A stretch of DNA of 64,000 nt, from the NCBI GenBank assembly GCA_000708835.1, contig DF237026.1, forward strand, positions 124,001 through 188,000. Reading direction: 5' to 3'. The stretch comes from Klebsormidium nitens (lineage: Eukaryota; Plantae; Klebsormidiophyceae). This document shows positions 36,357-49,518 of the stretch, piece by piece. The stretch's first letter is position 1. Every line of letters starts with the position of its first letter. Made by a program: the position numbers and the translations under genes. A model generated the notes under the pieces. The model made no database searches. It was not told the DNA's origin and saw nothing but the letters and a program-made list of their open reading frames with translations.

Positions 36357-39149
36357 GCCTTCTGTCGTGGAGTTTAAGGAGTCGGCTGAGACATTTTTGT
36401 TGTTTAGAGAGAGGTGCTGTCTCGTAATCTGCTTTGAGTCAAGAAGAGGGACGATGCAGTGCGGATTAGGAAGTTAAAAAGTGATTCACTCGTTGAATAG
36501 TCTCAAGATTGGCGCTCGATTCCAATTTCAAATATCAGACCTTGTCCCCCCTCGGGATCCACCGTCATGGGAAACGATTAAAATCCCATTTCAACAATGG
36601 AAGCCACGGGACTGAAACTCAAATGTGCATCTTGCATTACCGGAAGTACGTCTTTGAATGGATGTTCTCTGATGCTGGCCTGCGTTTGTGAGTCGGACTT
36701 CCTTTGACTCAAGATGTTGTCGTGACATCCACTTGCAGTCCTGAGTTTGCCCATGGCGTTGAAAGAACAGATGACAGTCGGTTTGCTCTGCACCTTGGAT
36801 CATGATACGTGACCTGAAGCGCGCGGCCCGGCGGCCCGCGCCATGCAACAGCTAGCCAGTGCGAGCCTGTTCCGATGGCCGATGGAGCGATTGCGGATTA
36901 CCTCAGTTCCTGCAACGTGACCACATTCCTGCTATTAGCACTGCTGTCCGGAAGCGCTCTACTATAATCACTATAAGCGAAGGAAGGGATCGAATGCACT
37001 GCTGTCAAAGTAAGCGGAATTATTATAGTGATCATCATGAGTAGGCTACCGTCCCCTGTTAGTATGCATGAGTGTGGCGCCCTACTATAGTATATCCTAA
37101 TTGACTTCAATTACAACTGGCAATGGAAGCTTTAGGCGCCTGATCATATCATGCAGCGGCGATCCCCACAATGAAATATGTCCAAACGCATTCTCGACCA
37201 TGCGCATGTGTCATGCAGGAGGCCGGGTCACTGTTCAATGCAAGACTGTTGGCGGCCATGACATTGACGCATATTTGGTGCATCTCCCTTACGATATGTC
37301 GTCTAGGGCCAGCCGGTCCGGGAGCTCTGTACCATAATTGACAGCTTCAGTCCTTCACCATTCACTCAGCCATACGTCAACTGGCAAAGAAAGAGGTTGC
37401 ATGTGGGCTTTTGATCAGAATTCATGCCTCATACTCTTTGATCGTCCATGTGAATACTGACCACGAGTCCAGCTTGCCAACCTCACTGATTTGCATCGGC
37501 CCATGCGATGAATGCAGTTGCAACCTCGGCTCTAATCCATTGCATGATTGACGTACGGCCGTCGGACACAACCACCTGATTGTGAGGGCCGGGATGCTCC
37601 TTCCGTGCCATGTCGGACTCGTTCCGGCCGCTCGATCTCTGTCGAACTTAGCATGTGACAGTGTGGCAAGTAATATTACTACACTGGCTGTGGGATCAGA
37701 CTCGGATGCATGCAACGCTGATATCTTCGAGCTGGACCCGGACCAAAACCCCCGAGAACAGACTGCGCAGGTTGAAATATTCTTACTCAGTCGTCTGATG
37801 AAATGCCCGACTCCACTCCACAATTGTCATTTCTCTTGTAGACAACAAGAAACGCAAGTGCCGGACTTTCTTGTTCGCACACAAATATCTCAAAGTTCGG
37901 CTCATACTAGCTTGCCACTTGGCGTCTCTTTCGAAGTATTAACCGGTCTATTGGCGCCTGAACGGGACAACAAGACCTCAAGTCGATCAAAAGGGACGGT
38001 ACTACACAAAAAGGAACACCTATCGCTCTTTCCAAGCGTCTTCTGATTGCCAAACATCCTCTTTCGAGGGTTAGTCTAAGCCTCTCATGTACGTGTGTTG
38101 CGTACAAATAAACGGTTGCGGCGCATGTCTTTTCGTACGAAGGGTCACTTCCCTCGGCCGGTTGCGTGCGGCAAAGGGCAAGCAAACCCGCAAAGAATCT
38201 TACAAGCGAGCGTCTCATCAAAGCGAGCGTCTCCTTTAAAAAGTGGCCGGCAAAACGGGTAAACCTAAGTCACATAAATGCGCATCCCTTGTGCGCATAC
38301 ATACGTGGACCGGCTGCTTAAAACACCTGTACCACTTCGAACCTAGTGACGGATCCTGTACCTTGGGTACAGGTGAGATCAGAGGCCAAACAAAAGGCTT
38401 AAAAAGGCCACAAGCATGCTGTAGAGTGTTCCCAGGCCTCGCAATCCCAGGGATTTCGAGAATGTGAGATCCGAAACATCCTTTAACTGGAAGTCAATCA
38501 CCGCGCTCATGATGTCCACCGTTCGGAAACAGAGCCGGCTTTCGCAAGAAACGCATAGGTGCCGCTCATGGGGTAGCTGTACGAGGACTGGTTCTGGTAG
38601 TACGTGGCACCGTCTGACGTCACGGTCTTGACGTCCGTGCTGAATGATGTCAGCTGGTTCCACGTTTCGGCAATCCCGGTCGGGTCGTACGTCTGGTTGT
38701 TGCTGAAGCTGTACTGGGCAGTGACCTGCAAACAGATAAGGTGACAGAGTCTACGCGAAGACTTCCTTCCACGTGAAAGAGTAAAAGTTTTCCACATGAA
38801 ATTATCAGTTTTTGGAAGGAATTTGACGGCATTCGTATGTTGCCAACCGCCTTTTCTAGGCTTGACAACCACTCTGGTTCATACTGCACCACGAAAAGAC
38901 GACGAAACGAGCGAGGGCGCGCTAAAGAAAAACCCTGAGCTTGGGGTCTCAAGCTGACGTCATGGGTCTGAGGATGAAGTCGATGTTAGGATCGGGTTCA
39001 GCGACTGGTTTGAACCTTCAAAGCGAAAGCTACTCCGCGATGATATTAGCTTTCAAGAATCGTTTATGCTCCTCTGTGACGTTGGTGCTGGGGTTAGCAC
39101 TACGAATTTAAACCAACGGTATGACACAAAAGACTGCAGCACCCTGTAG

Positions 39150-39490
39150 GGAGCAACGTGCGGTGATGCTGAGGGGGACGGTTTGATATGGATTCCCAGA
39201 TTCAACGATTTAACGATTTAACCCAAACGCTGTTGCAGCCTAAAGTCAGTAGCTTACGGTGGTGCTGAGGGCGACGTCCGTACTAGGGGTCGCTCTGGTC
39301 AACTGAATCAACGCTGTAACCCGAGATGTGCCGTAGCATGACGTGAGCAACTTACGGCGATGCTGAGGGTGACGTTCGCACTATGGTTCACTGAGGACAG
39401 CCGAAACCAACGCTGGAACCCGAAAAGCTCCTGCAGCATGACGTCAGCAACTTACGGTGGTGCTGAGGGTGACGTTCGTACTAGGTTGTG
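39150..39490 (-). repeat. Four-copy tandem array (~98-100 bp period) spanning an exon/intron donor junction
   Basis: Minus-strand CGTC.CCCTCAGCA.C.CC|GTAAG has its donor GT at 39455 (real), 39355 and 39257, with a degenerate copy near 39160. Confidence 0.85.
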
Positions 39491-41811
39491 CACTGTCCCA
39501 GTCGCCGAGAAGGTGCGCTGTGCGCTGACGGCGTTGCCATTCACGTTGATAAGTCTAGGTCACTCGCAATGGGGCTGCTGACGAGCTCGGACGTCAGCGC
39601 CTGGCCCTTGGGGAGGGTGGGGTCCGTGAAGCACCGCACGTTTGCATCTATCTGCGAGCGGATAAAGAATTAACGTGCATTTTGAGAAACTGGCGGCGCC
39701 AAAAAAGTCACGGATGCGGTTGTTCTCGACCTTTCTGCGTGCCGCCATACCCAGGAACTGGTAATATGGAAGGAAGCAATCCGCCAAACGGTGACTGGGA
39801 AGTCGACTTAGTGCCAGGACTGGAGACTGGACAAGGACTACCGTATCCCAAGTACTAGAAGCGGGAGATCCGAATCCATTACTCCCACAGACAAATATGC
39901 GGAGTCAGATAACCCTCATTTGGGGCGGGATGAAGGCCAGTTGCTTTTCTTTGCTTCGGCGTTGAATGGACAAGTTTTTCCTGGACAATTTCGTTGTTAC
40001 CAACGAGAAGATGGTCTGACTATCAAAGAAGGGTCAAAAGGCTTTTCTCGAAGAATTTCGTTGTCACCAATGAGAAGACGTCTGACTATCAAAGAAGGGA
40101 CGGCAATCTCAGGTCATTTTGACATGCATAGAACTATCTACAAGAACCCTTTCGTTCCCAATTTCCGATTCTAGAAGAACGCAAGCAATCAGCACCGGCT
40201 GCGGCGGAGCTAACCAAACTTTATAATGTCCTGCATAAACGGTTCCGTGGAACTAGAACGCCTTTGGCAAATCAGGACGGAAAATCTGGGACGTGAAAAG
40301 TGATCCAGAGAGGCTGCCTACCAGCCAGTAGTAGCCAATGGTTGAACCGATGTCGAGCGTAAAGGTATGCGGGTTGCCGTCGTTGAAATAAAACAGGAAG
40401 GGCGTGTTATCCACAGCCATGGGGGGAAGCAGGAACGCACCGATGGCCACGACAGGGGACCACAGAGCGTGGTTCAGACCTCCGGTGTAAACTGCGAAGG
40501 GGAGCAAAAACGTGCTTGTATGAAAGAGGCGGTGGCAAATGAAGGAGGTCTAAGCTCATAAGTATCTCTGAAATTTGTAACACTTATTTACTGGCTCAGA
40601 AAGGAAGGGCGCTGACAGGAGCAGGATGACACCGAATGACTACAAAGGTCTCAAGCACATTCGAGGTCGAAAAGATACACATATCATAGGAGCAAAAATA
40701 TTCGGAAAATCAGCTTTTCTACTTCAAATGTCATGCCCTCTGGATTGCCACGCCTCAGTTTTCGGTCGAATCACACGTGGCGGAAGGCCACCGTAGAAAG
40801 ACAATCATTTGATGGAAAGATGAAATCTCTCCGAAGATTTTGTTGGTTTGTGGGGAGATCAGTTATCTCCCTGACTGATTCAGACCACTTACTCGTGGCA
40901 AAAGGCCAGACCACGCCAACGACTTTCCCGTCCACCAACACACGAATCTGCAGGAGGATTGCCCGACGTCCGTCACTAAGATCTTCAAGTTTTGAGTCAG
41001 ACAGTCAGAATCCGCCTTAACAACAGAAACGGGTTCAGTACAATGGCCACAACTGGCCAGTTCGAGGACGGCTGCTTCAAACCGTGTAAAGGAGTGTCGA
41101 AGCGTGCCGCAGACAATCACAGAGCCGGAATGTTTGCACACACCGCTGACCTTTGCAGACCTTCATTGCTCCAAGCTTACAAAAAGCTCTAGCACTTTGA
41201 GGATACAAGTATAGCAATGAGATCAAAGCGAGGGTGCTTTCAACCTTGGTCTGTTCGAAGTCAGCCCAGGTCGGGAAACGCATTCTGCTAATACGAACTT
41301 ATGGTAGAAACCAGCTTGCACCATCGCAATCACCACCACGTCTCAAAGTCCCACAGATTCAAACTTCTCTGCGAGTTTGCATCAGATAAATCTTCGTTTT
41401 TCCGGTTTTGATCCAGAATTTCCGGACCCGGTACAAGCAGAATCAAGTTGTTGCGGTGGTGGCTCTGAACTTGTTCGCTACGACAACATCAGGACTTTCG
41501 ACGAGATTTGCAAGTCTCGGCCAATCAATCTGCGAGTGATCGAGTACTCCGTCGGAACTAGAACGTGGTCTCTGCTTGTAGCGGCTAGCGAATGGCTGCG
41601 CACCTCTTTGAACGCCCCCGTTGGGTTTCCGCTCCCTGGGGGGTAGGTGTACCAAACTCCTGCTCGTTGGTGCCAGGAATGCAACCGGCCCCGGAGCAGA
41701 CGCCTGCCCAAAGCAGAGACCAATGACGTCAGCATGACGATGTCAGATTGAACGATACAACCTTATATGCCCGTCGAAGGTGTTAATACTCCCGCTCGAT
41801 AGCTCCGGTGC

Positions 41812-42023
41812 TGCAACCGGACCCGGAACGGACGCCTAACCCAGAAGAACAATTGGTGGGTTCGGCATGACACCTCGTGGTTTGTGGGCTGGTTACTCAA
41901 CCGGGTAAATACGATAACCAAGTCGGCCCCAGGAAGCTGTGTGACAGAACGAACCAGCGGCAGGGTTTGTGGTGCTGAGCAACTGGTGGGGGTTTGGTAC
42001 GATTGCGGGGTCATTGCTTGGGG
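41812..42023 (+). pseudogene. Degenerate inverted fragment of exon 2 of the neighbouring ZIFL-like MFS gene
   Basis: 41874-42023 aligns by eye with the reverse complement of ~51645-51795. It reads FVGWLLNRVNTITKSAPG vs LVGGLLNGVITVTKSTLG, then frameshifts in the GELCD codons. Confidence 0.8.
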
Positions 42024-44579
42024 TTGTCAAAGTGAGCAATACGCGCAGGGTGGCGCGAGTCTGAGCAGGGTGATCAGTGCTGCAAAAAGTGCTTGCATCT
42101 TAACCTCATTTGGATGAGCGAAGTTTGAAAATCAGACTTGGAGCTAGCACAAAAACTATTAAACGTGGGTTGATGGTCGTACGCTGCTCATAGCGTCAGA
42201 GGAATCTGTCCAGTGGGCTTCGGAACCTTGCACGGAGCAATTCCCGTTTTGGACCCTTGCCTGCTTTGGATTTGAAGAACGGTGCGTACCTCCTTCAGAT
42301 CCTAGTGCGCTGAAGGGAATCCCACTCCATCATAGCACGAACGGTTTTGAACTATTCACGGTCTTTTGAAAACTCAAGCCGATGACAATTACTGGCACTG
42401 GTGCATAAACACTAGCGCCAACTGAAATGATTATTTTCTTATTGTTCACCTTCTGCGCCGTAGTAGACCAACGACTGCCCGCAGCGTGTTGGTCGGAATC
42501 GTCAGCGCGTTGGACAAACTGCCGGAAAGAATCAGATTCAGAAATTTAGACGACCTATGTATGCCACATCTTTGTTACGTGGCAGTCGCTAAGCAGTCTG
42601 AAGATTGAGCTTGGAAGCATGTATTTTCGCTTTCAGTGGGGCTCGGATAAAACGGGAAACACCAAAGACCTCGCAGAACCCAAACCTCCTGAACCCGCTG
42701 GAACTGAAAAGCCCTTTGAAAAGCGTAGACGAGGTGTCGATCCACCACGCATGCCTACAGCCCGGTTTGATAAAGTCGCGAAGAAAAGCGAAGCACATTC
42801 CGGGAAGTCAATCTACCTAACGATTGAGCAAGCAAACAAAATAAGCCATGTTTGGCCCTGTTCGCAAAGTGATGAACAATCTAGTTGGTAATTCGGTGGT
42901 TCCTCACCGGATGTGCCGGGCTGGATACCAAACCAGTAGCCTGCAATCCAAAGAGAAAGACGGTTGATAGAGGTTCAAAAGTAGGCCAATCAAGTTGTGT
43001 GAAAGACTACGAGCCAATCAGCCAGTTGAAGCGTGCTAAGTGGAGTGTTTTGGACACATATTCAGCAATAAGCCAAAGAGTGAAATGGAGGTTCAGACCA
43101 AGTCCATGGAGACGAATTCAAGATTTTCTGGATGCTACGGCAGGTGCCTTTGGGAAAAGAATCCCGGGAAATGAGGCTGCAAAGGGGAAGCAAATGAAGT
43201 CCACTAATCTGGCAATAGAAACTGTCAAAAGAAACTGAGGTTTGGATTAAGGAAACCACCAGAAAGAGCCGCAGCCCACCTTGGGAAAAACTTACTCCTG
43301 CTTTCGGCCCGCGTACTGTCACATGGCCGTCATTCATGCATTCTGAACATCTAAAAAATAGTCCAGAAATAGCAAACCATGCAACCCATTGTTGGGCTTG
43401 GCGAATGTGCGTACTCATCGTCAGTGGTCCAGAACTGATCAGTGGAAGGCCCTCGGCGCTCCCAGCATTGCTCCCCACCCCGCTCCGACTTCCAAGCAGA
43501 TTCCCTGAGCTTCCTTGCACGCCGTAGACGTTTCCGGGGATCTCATTGACGCTGCTGCAGCTGCCCTTTCCCCTGTTGTTTCCTAGAGCTGCTGAGTTAC
43601 TCGGCAGGGGGAGCAATGTGGGGCCAACCAAGCCCCCGGCTGCTGCCAGCGTCTGCACAAGCTCGCTTTGCACTGTGTCGCAGAAGTGTTTGCCAGTGGG
43701 CTCTAGCTGGGACGGCAGGCCAGCAAAGGATAGGGGCAGGAATGTGAGACAGAGGAGACACAAGAGAAGATTCATGGTGGCCATTCTAGTTGTTGCACGC
43801 CGTGCTGCAGAGCTGCTGCCAGAGGCAAAGCTAGCAAATGTGATGGGGCTATGGAACGCTTACTAATGCTGCTCGAGAAGACTAGCGGAGGCAGCTGAGA
43901 GCCGTTGACAATAGCTGCAGAGGAAGAGAAGACCAGAAAGAAGAGGACTAGCTCCTGCAGAAGCTGCTCTGCAGTAGAGCCTGGGAATCAATGGCACTGA
44001 CGAGCTTCACTGGGGCCTCCAGTCCCCACATTGGACGTGAGAAGGGAGGAGTGGCAGGAAGTGAGGACCACCATGGTTGGCACACTGTTCCACCACTGGT
44101 ACCAGAGCGGCAGACTTGACGAGGAAGATGACAGACATCAGATGGTGTCAAACTCGGGGCCACAAACGGCAACGCATCGGCACGAATCCATGCACCCCAC
44201 ATATATTCAAAAGGCGCTGTGGAAGGCGCAACGTTCTTTCTATCGTTTGACGCCGGCTTTTAAGTTTTAACACCATGCTTCTGAAATAACCACCTTGTCC
44301 CGTGCATTTCGTGTGGCTTGGAATCTGGATATGGTGTGGCAGAAGAGAAACCCTGCGTGAGTGACAAGCACGGACTCGAGAGAAGGTTGGACCAGAGAGC
44401 AGGGCGTTCACGGGAACAAGGAGCCGCGTTGCACGATAAGGGCGCTGCTGGATGGTTGCAGAAGCAGGGTGGCCACTTTGAGAGGGGTTTGCAGCGCGGG
44501 GTGGACTTGGCGTCCACGAAGCTGCGTAGGCTGAGTCTAGAATCTACTAGAGGCAGTCTTTGAAGTATTCTCAGGCATC

Positions 44580-46692
44580 ATGGCTTTGGCAGGCTGCAGC
44601 CGTGCAACCCTCCCTGCTTTCAGGGCGGTCGCTTTTTCCCCTGCCAGCAGCCACGCTCCCAGGAGCGACAATGCGGCATTCAGCCCCATCTCCCATAGTT
44701 CTTCCTTTGTCGCTCCTCTTAGGGTTAGGTCTGTGCCCTCTGCTCGCAGCAGACGGCGGCCTGATGGGGGGAGGGCTGTGCCATCTGTGGTAGCGGTGGC
44801 AATGCAGGATACAGAGGGGGGTGATGGTCCCAAGATTTATCCTCCCGGCCTGGGCAGATACGAGTCGATGATCATCTTGAGGCCTGACATCACGGAGGAG
44901 GAACGGCAAGCGTGAGTACCTAATGATTCTTGTCTTAGCTTATGTTTATTACAATGTGGACCGTTATCATTGAGGAACGGTTTTCCAAAACTGGTTGGTT
45001 CGTCCTTGTGTCTGTGTATGGGTCCAGCGAATTTTGGTGATGCTTTCTAGGTGGTTCCTATCATAACACATCCGGGGCGCGTGAAAGTTCCTCTGTTTGG
45101 ACTGCTTTTCTGGCATTGCAGAGCGTGTGGTGCGTCCAACGGCACGTATCGGTCAGCATTCCGGGTCTGAGCGGCAGTGTAACAAAGGGCCGATGCTGCA
45201 TTTAGTACTTGATTTGAATCTCCTGATGCAAAGGGTTGAGGAACCGGCTTATGTGTGTATGCATAGAGTTTCAAGCTGTCACATGCTTTGTTTGCTGTGT
45301 ATGTTTTCTGCAGCATGTGATCAGCGGTAATGGCAGATGTAGGTGTTGTTCTCGTGACCACTTTACAGGAGCCGCTGTTTTACCTGCTCAAATTTGTCTG
45401 TGCTTTCGTTTTCTTTTGGCAGACTCTATTGGCTCCTAACTTTCAGTCATCCTTTTTTCGGAAGTTTTCTGTCAAGTTGCTCCATCGAGAGATGGAAAGA
45501 AATGCAGCGAGCTAAATAGGGTTTCATCTTTTAAGCCAGCAAAGCCTCACAAATAATAATGCGGAGTCAGTCAGTTCCTTTCGTTGAAGGGTGCTTTTAG
45601 CGATTTCTGAGGGCCAGATTCGGTGGCCGCTCAGAAGCTGATGCACTGCTAATATGCTAGTTCGATTGCTGATCATGGCTCGCTCTAAAAGGGCGCAGCA
45701 AGAAGAAGTGGTTGCATACATGGCTTTGAAGGTATGCCTTTCGCTCGTAGGTTTATTTATGGATATTACCCCCCTTTTGTCATGGGCTGGACTATTCACT
45801 CTTTGGTCGTACTTTTGAGAAATTCGCTAGTCCAATATTCAATCCAATATTCAAGATTCGTCAAGCCAGCTGCTTCGAACTGCCTGACAGACGTCTTTGG
45901 AAGTTGGCTCCGTTGTCTGCAGAGATCTTTGCAATCCTTGGTCGTCCTGGATCGAGCAATCCTTGCTCGCCCTGGATGAGCACGTTGTCTCCTCACCTCT
46001 TGAACGATATACATGTGGAGTAGCTTGGATAGCTTGCACTGGGCGCCCCCCAACAACATTCCTGCTGCTGAATCTTGTGAACTCAATATTTTGTTGTTCA
46101 AGTTTGAGGAGCCAACAGACCCAAGGTGCAAAAGGAATCATCAGCAGATGATGTTGCCCTTTGCCCCTTAGAGAGAGGTGATCTGTAGTAGACTGATGTG
46201 TCGCCCCCATTTCAGAAACGATCTTCCGATCACGGCTCTTCACCAGTCACAGTATTCACCTCACCTCCTCAGTGCACGTGGAGCTGCAATGATTCATGCG
46301 CCGATCAGCTAGCTTGCTGCAATGGCAGCATCAAGCCTGGCTTCTTCGCGTCTTGCTTTCATCCCCCGGATTTCCACACTAGGAGTGAATGTTTACCTTG
46401 AGCAAAGCAACTTCTGATGGGTAACTTTCTTGGTTTCAGTTTGAGCGAGCGGTACGAGGAGACTCTTATCGGGACTGGGGCGCTTGACGTGGAGCTGTTT
46501 AACCGGGGGATGCAGCCACTGCAGTACCCAATCAAGAAGAGGAGTACTGCTGGGCTCACAACCAGATACCTCGACGGGTGGTATTTGCTGTTCACATATG
46601 TTACCAAGCCGGAAGCGATCAAGGAGCTCACGAGCCAGTTCAAGTTCGATGACGATGTTATTCGGGCGCTTACGTTCCGGAGGGATATGTAG
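44580..46692 (+). CDS. PRPS6: Plastid 30S ribosomal protein S6 (bS6c) with transit peptide, 194 aa
   Basis: Exons 44580-44911 and 46440-46692 give PPGLGRYESMIILRPDITEEERQALSERYEETL...VELFNRGMQPLQYPIKK...YLDGWYLLFTY...DDDVIR, the plant plastid S6 signature, after a Ser/Ala/Arg-rich N-terminus. Confidence 0.95.
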
Positions 46693-47765
46693 AGGGGATG
46701 GACGAAGTTGTAGGACGAGTTGACGACGTAGAAAGGGTATTGAAGCACGTGACCAGCATACAGTACGCAGCATGTTTGTAGCTCGGGCAGCCAACCAAGT
46801 CTGGTTTGGCTGTCAAAGAGCCACGTAACACTGCAACGCATCTTGGCAGATTTGCCTTCACTCCTGTACTGCAAGGTCGTTGTTTTTGTGCTATTTCTCA
46901 GCTTTCATATTTACTTGCCGGCCCGCAGGTGAGACACTGATTCGCTGTCGGAATGCATTCAATTTCCCTAAGCTCTAACTTCATTATGGATTGTGTAGCT
47001 GTGGCTGCATTTGCAAATATGGCGCTTGTTTGAGACGATCTGCCTACATTCCCTGGGCCTGAATTTGAGAGGTGGACTTCAAGAAGCATGTGCCATGCTG
47101 TACACGCTAGTCTTCGGCAATGGATGATGCATGGGCTGTTTGGCGCATCTGCGATCGGCTGTAACCAACAACGTGTTATCCGCGAGGCTAGTGACCTTTA
47201 ATCTGAATGGCTTCCTCTTCACTTCAATTTCTTGCTTCAAATCGAAGTTCAATGAAAAAAGCATCCGTTGCGCTTGATCGACAGCGGCGGCATGCATGTA
47301 GGTGTCAAAACATATCAGAAACGTTCACATACAAGAACCGGCAGAATGATGGCAACTTCTAGTTTATTAACGCCCTTAGCCACCATGGCCATGGAGCACG
47401 CGGTCTCCGGCATGTACCCGGGATAGTTTTCTTGCCACGGCTGCCAGTCATGTCCAGCGATATGCAAGGCCTAACCTATATGTACGCTAACAAGCATTCA
47501 ATCTAGCATGGTATGCATGAGCCTGAAGGGCAGATCAGCGGCAGAGTCTGGAGCTCCGGGCCTCAGGGCCAAGTGACTTCCACGCGTTATTATATTACGT
47601 ACCTACTATATAAATGGAGTATCTGCCTGCAGTGCATGGGCCGCACTAGTATGATTGCTTATGAATTCCATGCATGATATGCAATAATATACTCTTATGT
47701 GCGGATGGAACATGCGCAGACTCGAGATGCGCCGCACACAAACACAAAATACATCACAAGCTAGC

Positions 47766-48502
47766 TAGGGTGGGTATCGGCCGAGTCAAATTTGACTCGG
47801 GTTGCGACAATTTTGTTATACCCGGTATCGAATATCGTCAGCGATACCGGCGGTTCGCGTCACGCAGACTCAGGATTCTGTTACTCGTACGGTACAATTG
47901 CTCGGATTTTTTTGCTCGGCCGTGAGTATGTGTCATGGAGTTGTAAGGTAGTGTTATGTTTTACACTTTGCAAGAAGCATCAAATTAGGGCTCAAGTAGG
48001 AGGCTCATGCAGCATATAGAAGCTTTTGACATGCAAAAAAAAATGTTGGGAGGGCGTCATTAGGGGTCCTTTGAAGCCCCAAATTCATGTATTGTTGAGG
48101 ACAAATCCCAAGAAGTAGCATACGAGGCGCAAAGTAGGCCGCCATTGTTGGTGCTTGAAAAGCGCCTTCTCTTACACTAGCCTTAGAATCTTGTGCACTA
48201 TCCTTTCGGTCTTGGTACCGCGGTACTCCACCGTGGTTCAAGTCGGAAGTTTCGATCAAGACCCTTTATTTCAAATTGGTCGATCGCGCAGACTCCGACG
48301 GTACGGTACCGCCGGAAAGTATGGACTTTACCGTTGCGCGACTTGTCAGAAGATTGCCGATTTGTGAACTCGGAGCCGATTCTACAATTTCACCGAGTAC
48401 GGTCGTCAGTACCGGTTACGACAATTGTCACGACGCGTGACACCGGTGTAACAAATTTGAAACCGTATTGTAACCCGGTCGATACCGCCGAGACCCACCA
48501 TA
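47766..48502. mobile_element. Possible non-autonomous hAT-like DNA transposon
   Basis: Termini CTAGGGTGGGTATCGG and CCGAGACCCACCATAG form an inverted repeat at 14/16. Subterminal regions are rich in ACCG/CGGT motifs and palindromes, including a perfect 20-mer at 47781-47800. No 8-bp TSD and no transposase. Confidence 0.45.
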
Positions 48503-49518
48503 GGTTGCTTGTGATATATCATATATGCCGGACCGTACGCTGATCTCCATGCATATATATGCAATACCATTGCAGCTTCACTGAGTGAGCCGCCAGTGGT
48601 CACTCGCTGGCCCGTCGATGACGTTGAATTTACAAGTTACGGTGTCCAACCGCGGGCGACGCGCGCTCAGCGCGCTGCATGATCGAGCTCAGGCCGCGCC
48701 TGGGCCCAGCACTGAGCCATCCGGATTCAAGATATATTAATGACATGAGTCACGGCGGCACTATATCATTAATCGATTCACATAAATCATGGACGCAGAT
48801 ATTCATGAACCTGTTATGAATTGCGACATATCGCTCGATACACATGTACTTGTCTGCCCGGGGCCGGCCCACTGCTCAGATATGGTTCGCTTGCCAAGCT
48901 TTAAGGGCGCGCGAGCGCTTAGTATGTGCAAGAAATGATTGACCGTGACCTTCATCTGCAAGCCCCTAAATTTTGAGAAGCCTGCCAGCCGTAGTGGCAT
49001 GCCAGCATGCCATGCCGCCCGGCCCGGCGGCGGCCTCGGCTACAACGTCCACACGCTCATGCAAAGGGCTCAAGTCAAGCAAATCAAAACTTCATCAATT
49101 ACTCAGAAAACACGACTTCAAACATGGACGGTAAGAAGGCAGACTGGGAGGCAGAGGGTTAAGTAAGTGAAGAGCCCGGCCGGATTTGTGCTGGAATACG
49201 CAATCGCTATCCAACGGTGAAGTCGAGCTGACAGAGAGTACTTCGCTTGCAGCAATAAGCGTGCAACTGATCCTGGCTTGCTGCCTCAAATGTACAGAAA
49301 GTTTCGCGCGCCAGGCCTCGTATCTACGCTGATCCCTCGAGCCACATTCCGATCAGGCCCGGCCGAATTGCATTGGCAATTCAAGCCCAAGCCTAAGCGG
49401 CTTTGAAAAAGAATGTCAAAGCGTGCACCGATAAAACAAGCATCGCAAGAAAAGCCCAAGTTTTGCGTCGCCTCTGATCCACTATGTATACGCGAGCCCA
49501 ATCGACTATACGGCCCGC

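Larger units (their letters stand above)
38507..43784 (-). pseudogene. Secreted Ser/Thr/Gly-rich protein gene, ~329 aa if repaired; one exon has two apparent 1-nt frameshifts
   Basis: Tentative exons 43784-43415 (signal MATMNLLLCLLCLTFLPLSFAG), 42940-42908, 40491-40322, 39651-39456 and 38725-38507 have compatible phases only if 2 nt are added to the 196-nt exon, where the GC3-rich coding frame shifts twice. Linking the first two exons to the last three is inference. Confidence 0.5.

Noticed and set aside
37422-38221. ORFs of 100-150 aa on both strands
   Set aside because: No consistent exon chain or known motif; support is insufficient.
39990-40101. ~42-bp direct repeat (TCTGACTATCAAAGAAGGG), plus small tandem repeats at ~23100-23150, ~34735-34780 and ~38205-38235
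   Set aside because: These are ordinary short local duplications, not at exon boundaries, with no further structure.
41377-41646. 89-aa ORF (…SELVRYDNIRTFDEICKSRPINLRVIEYSVG…)
   Set aside because: It looks protein-like, but I could not assign a family, start or splice partners.
45796-46243. Minus-strand ORFs inside the PRPS6 intron as a nested gene or transposon
   Set aside because: No transposase or reverse-transcriptase motifs, no terminal repeats and no splice support.
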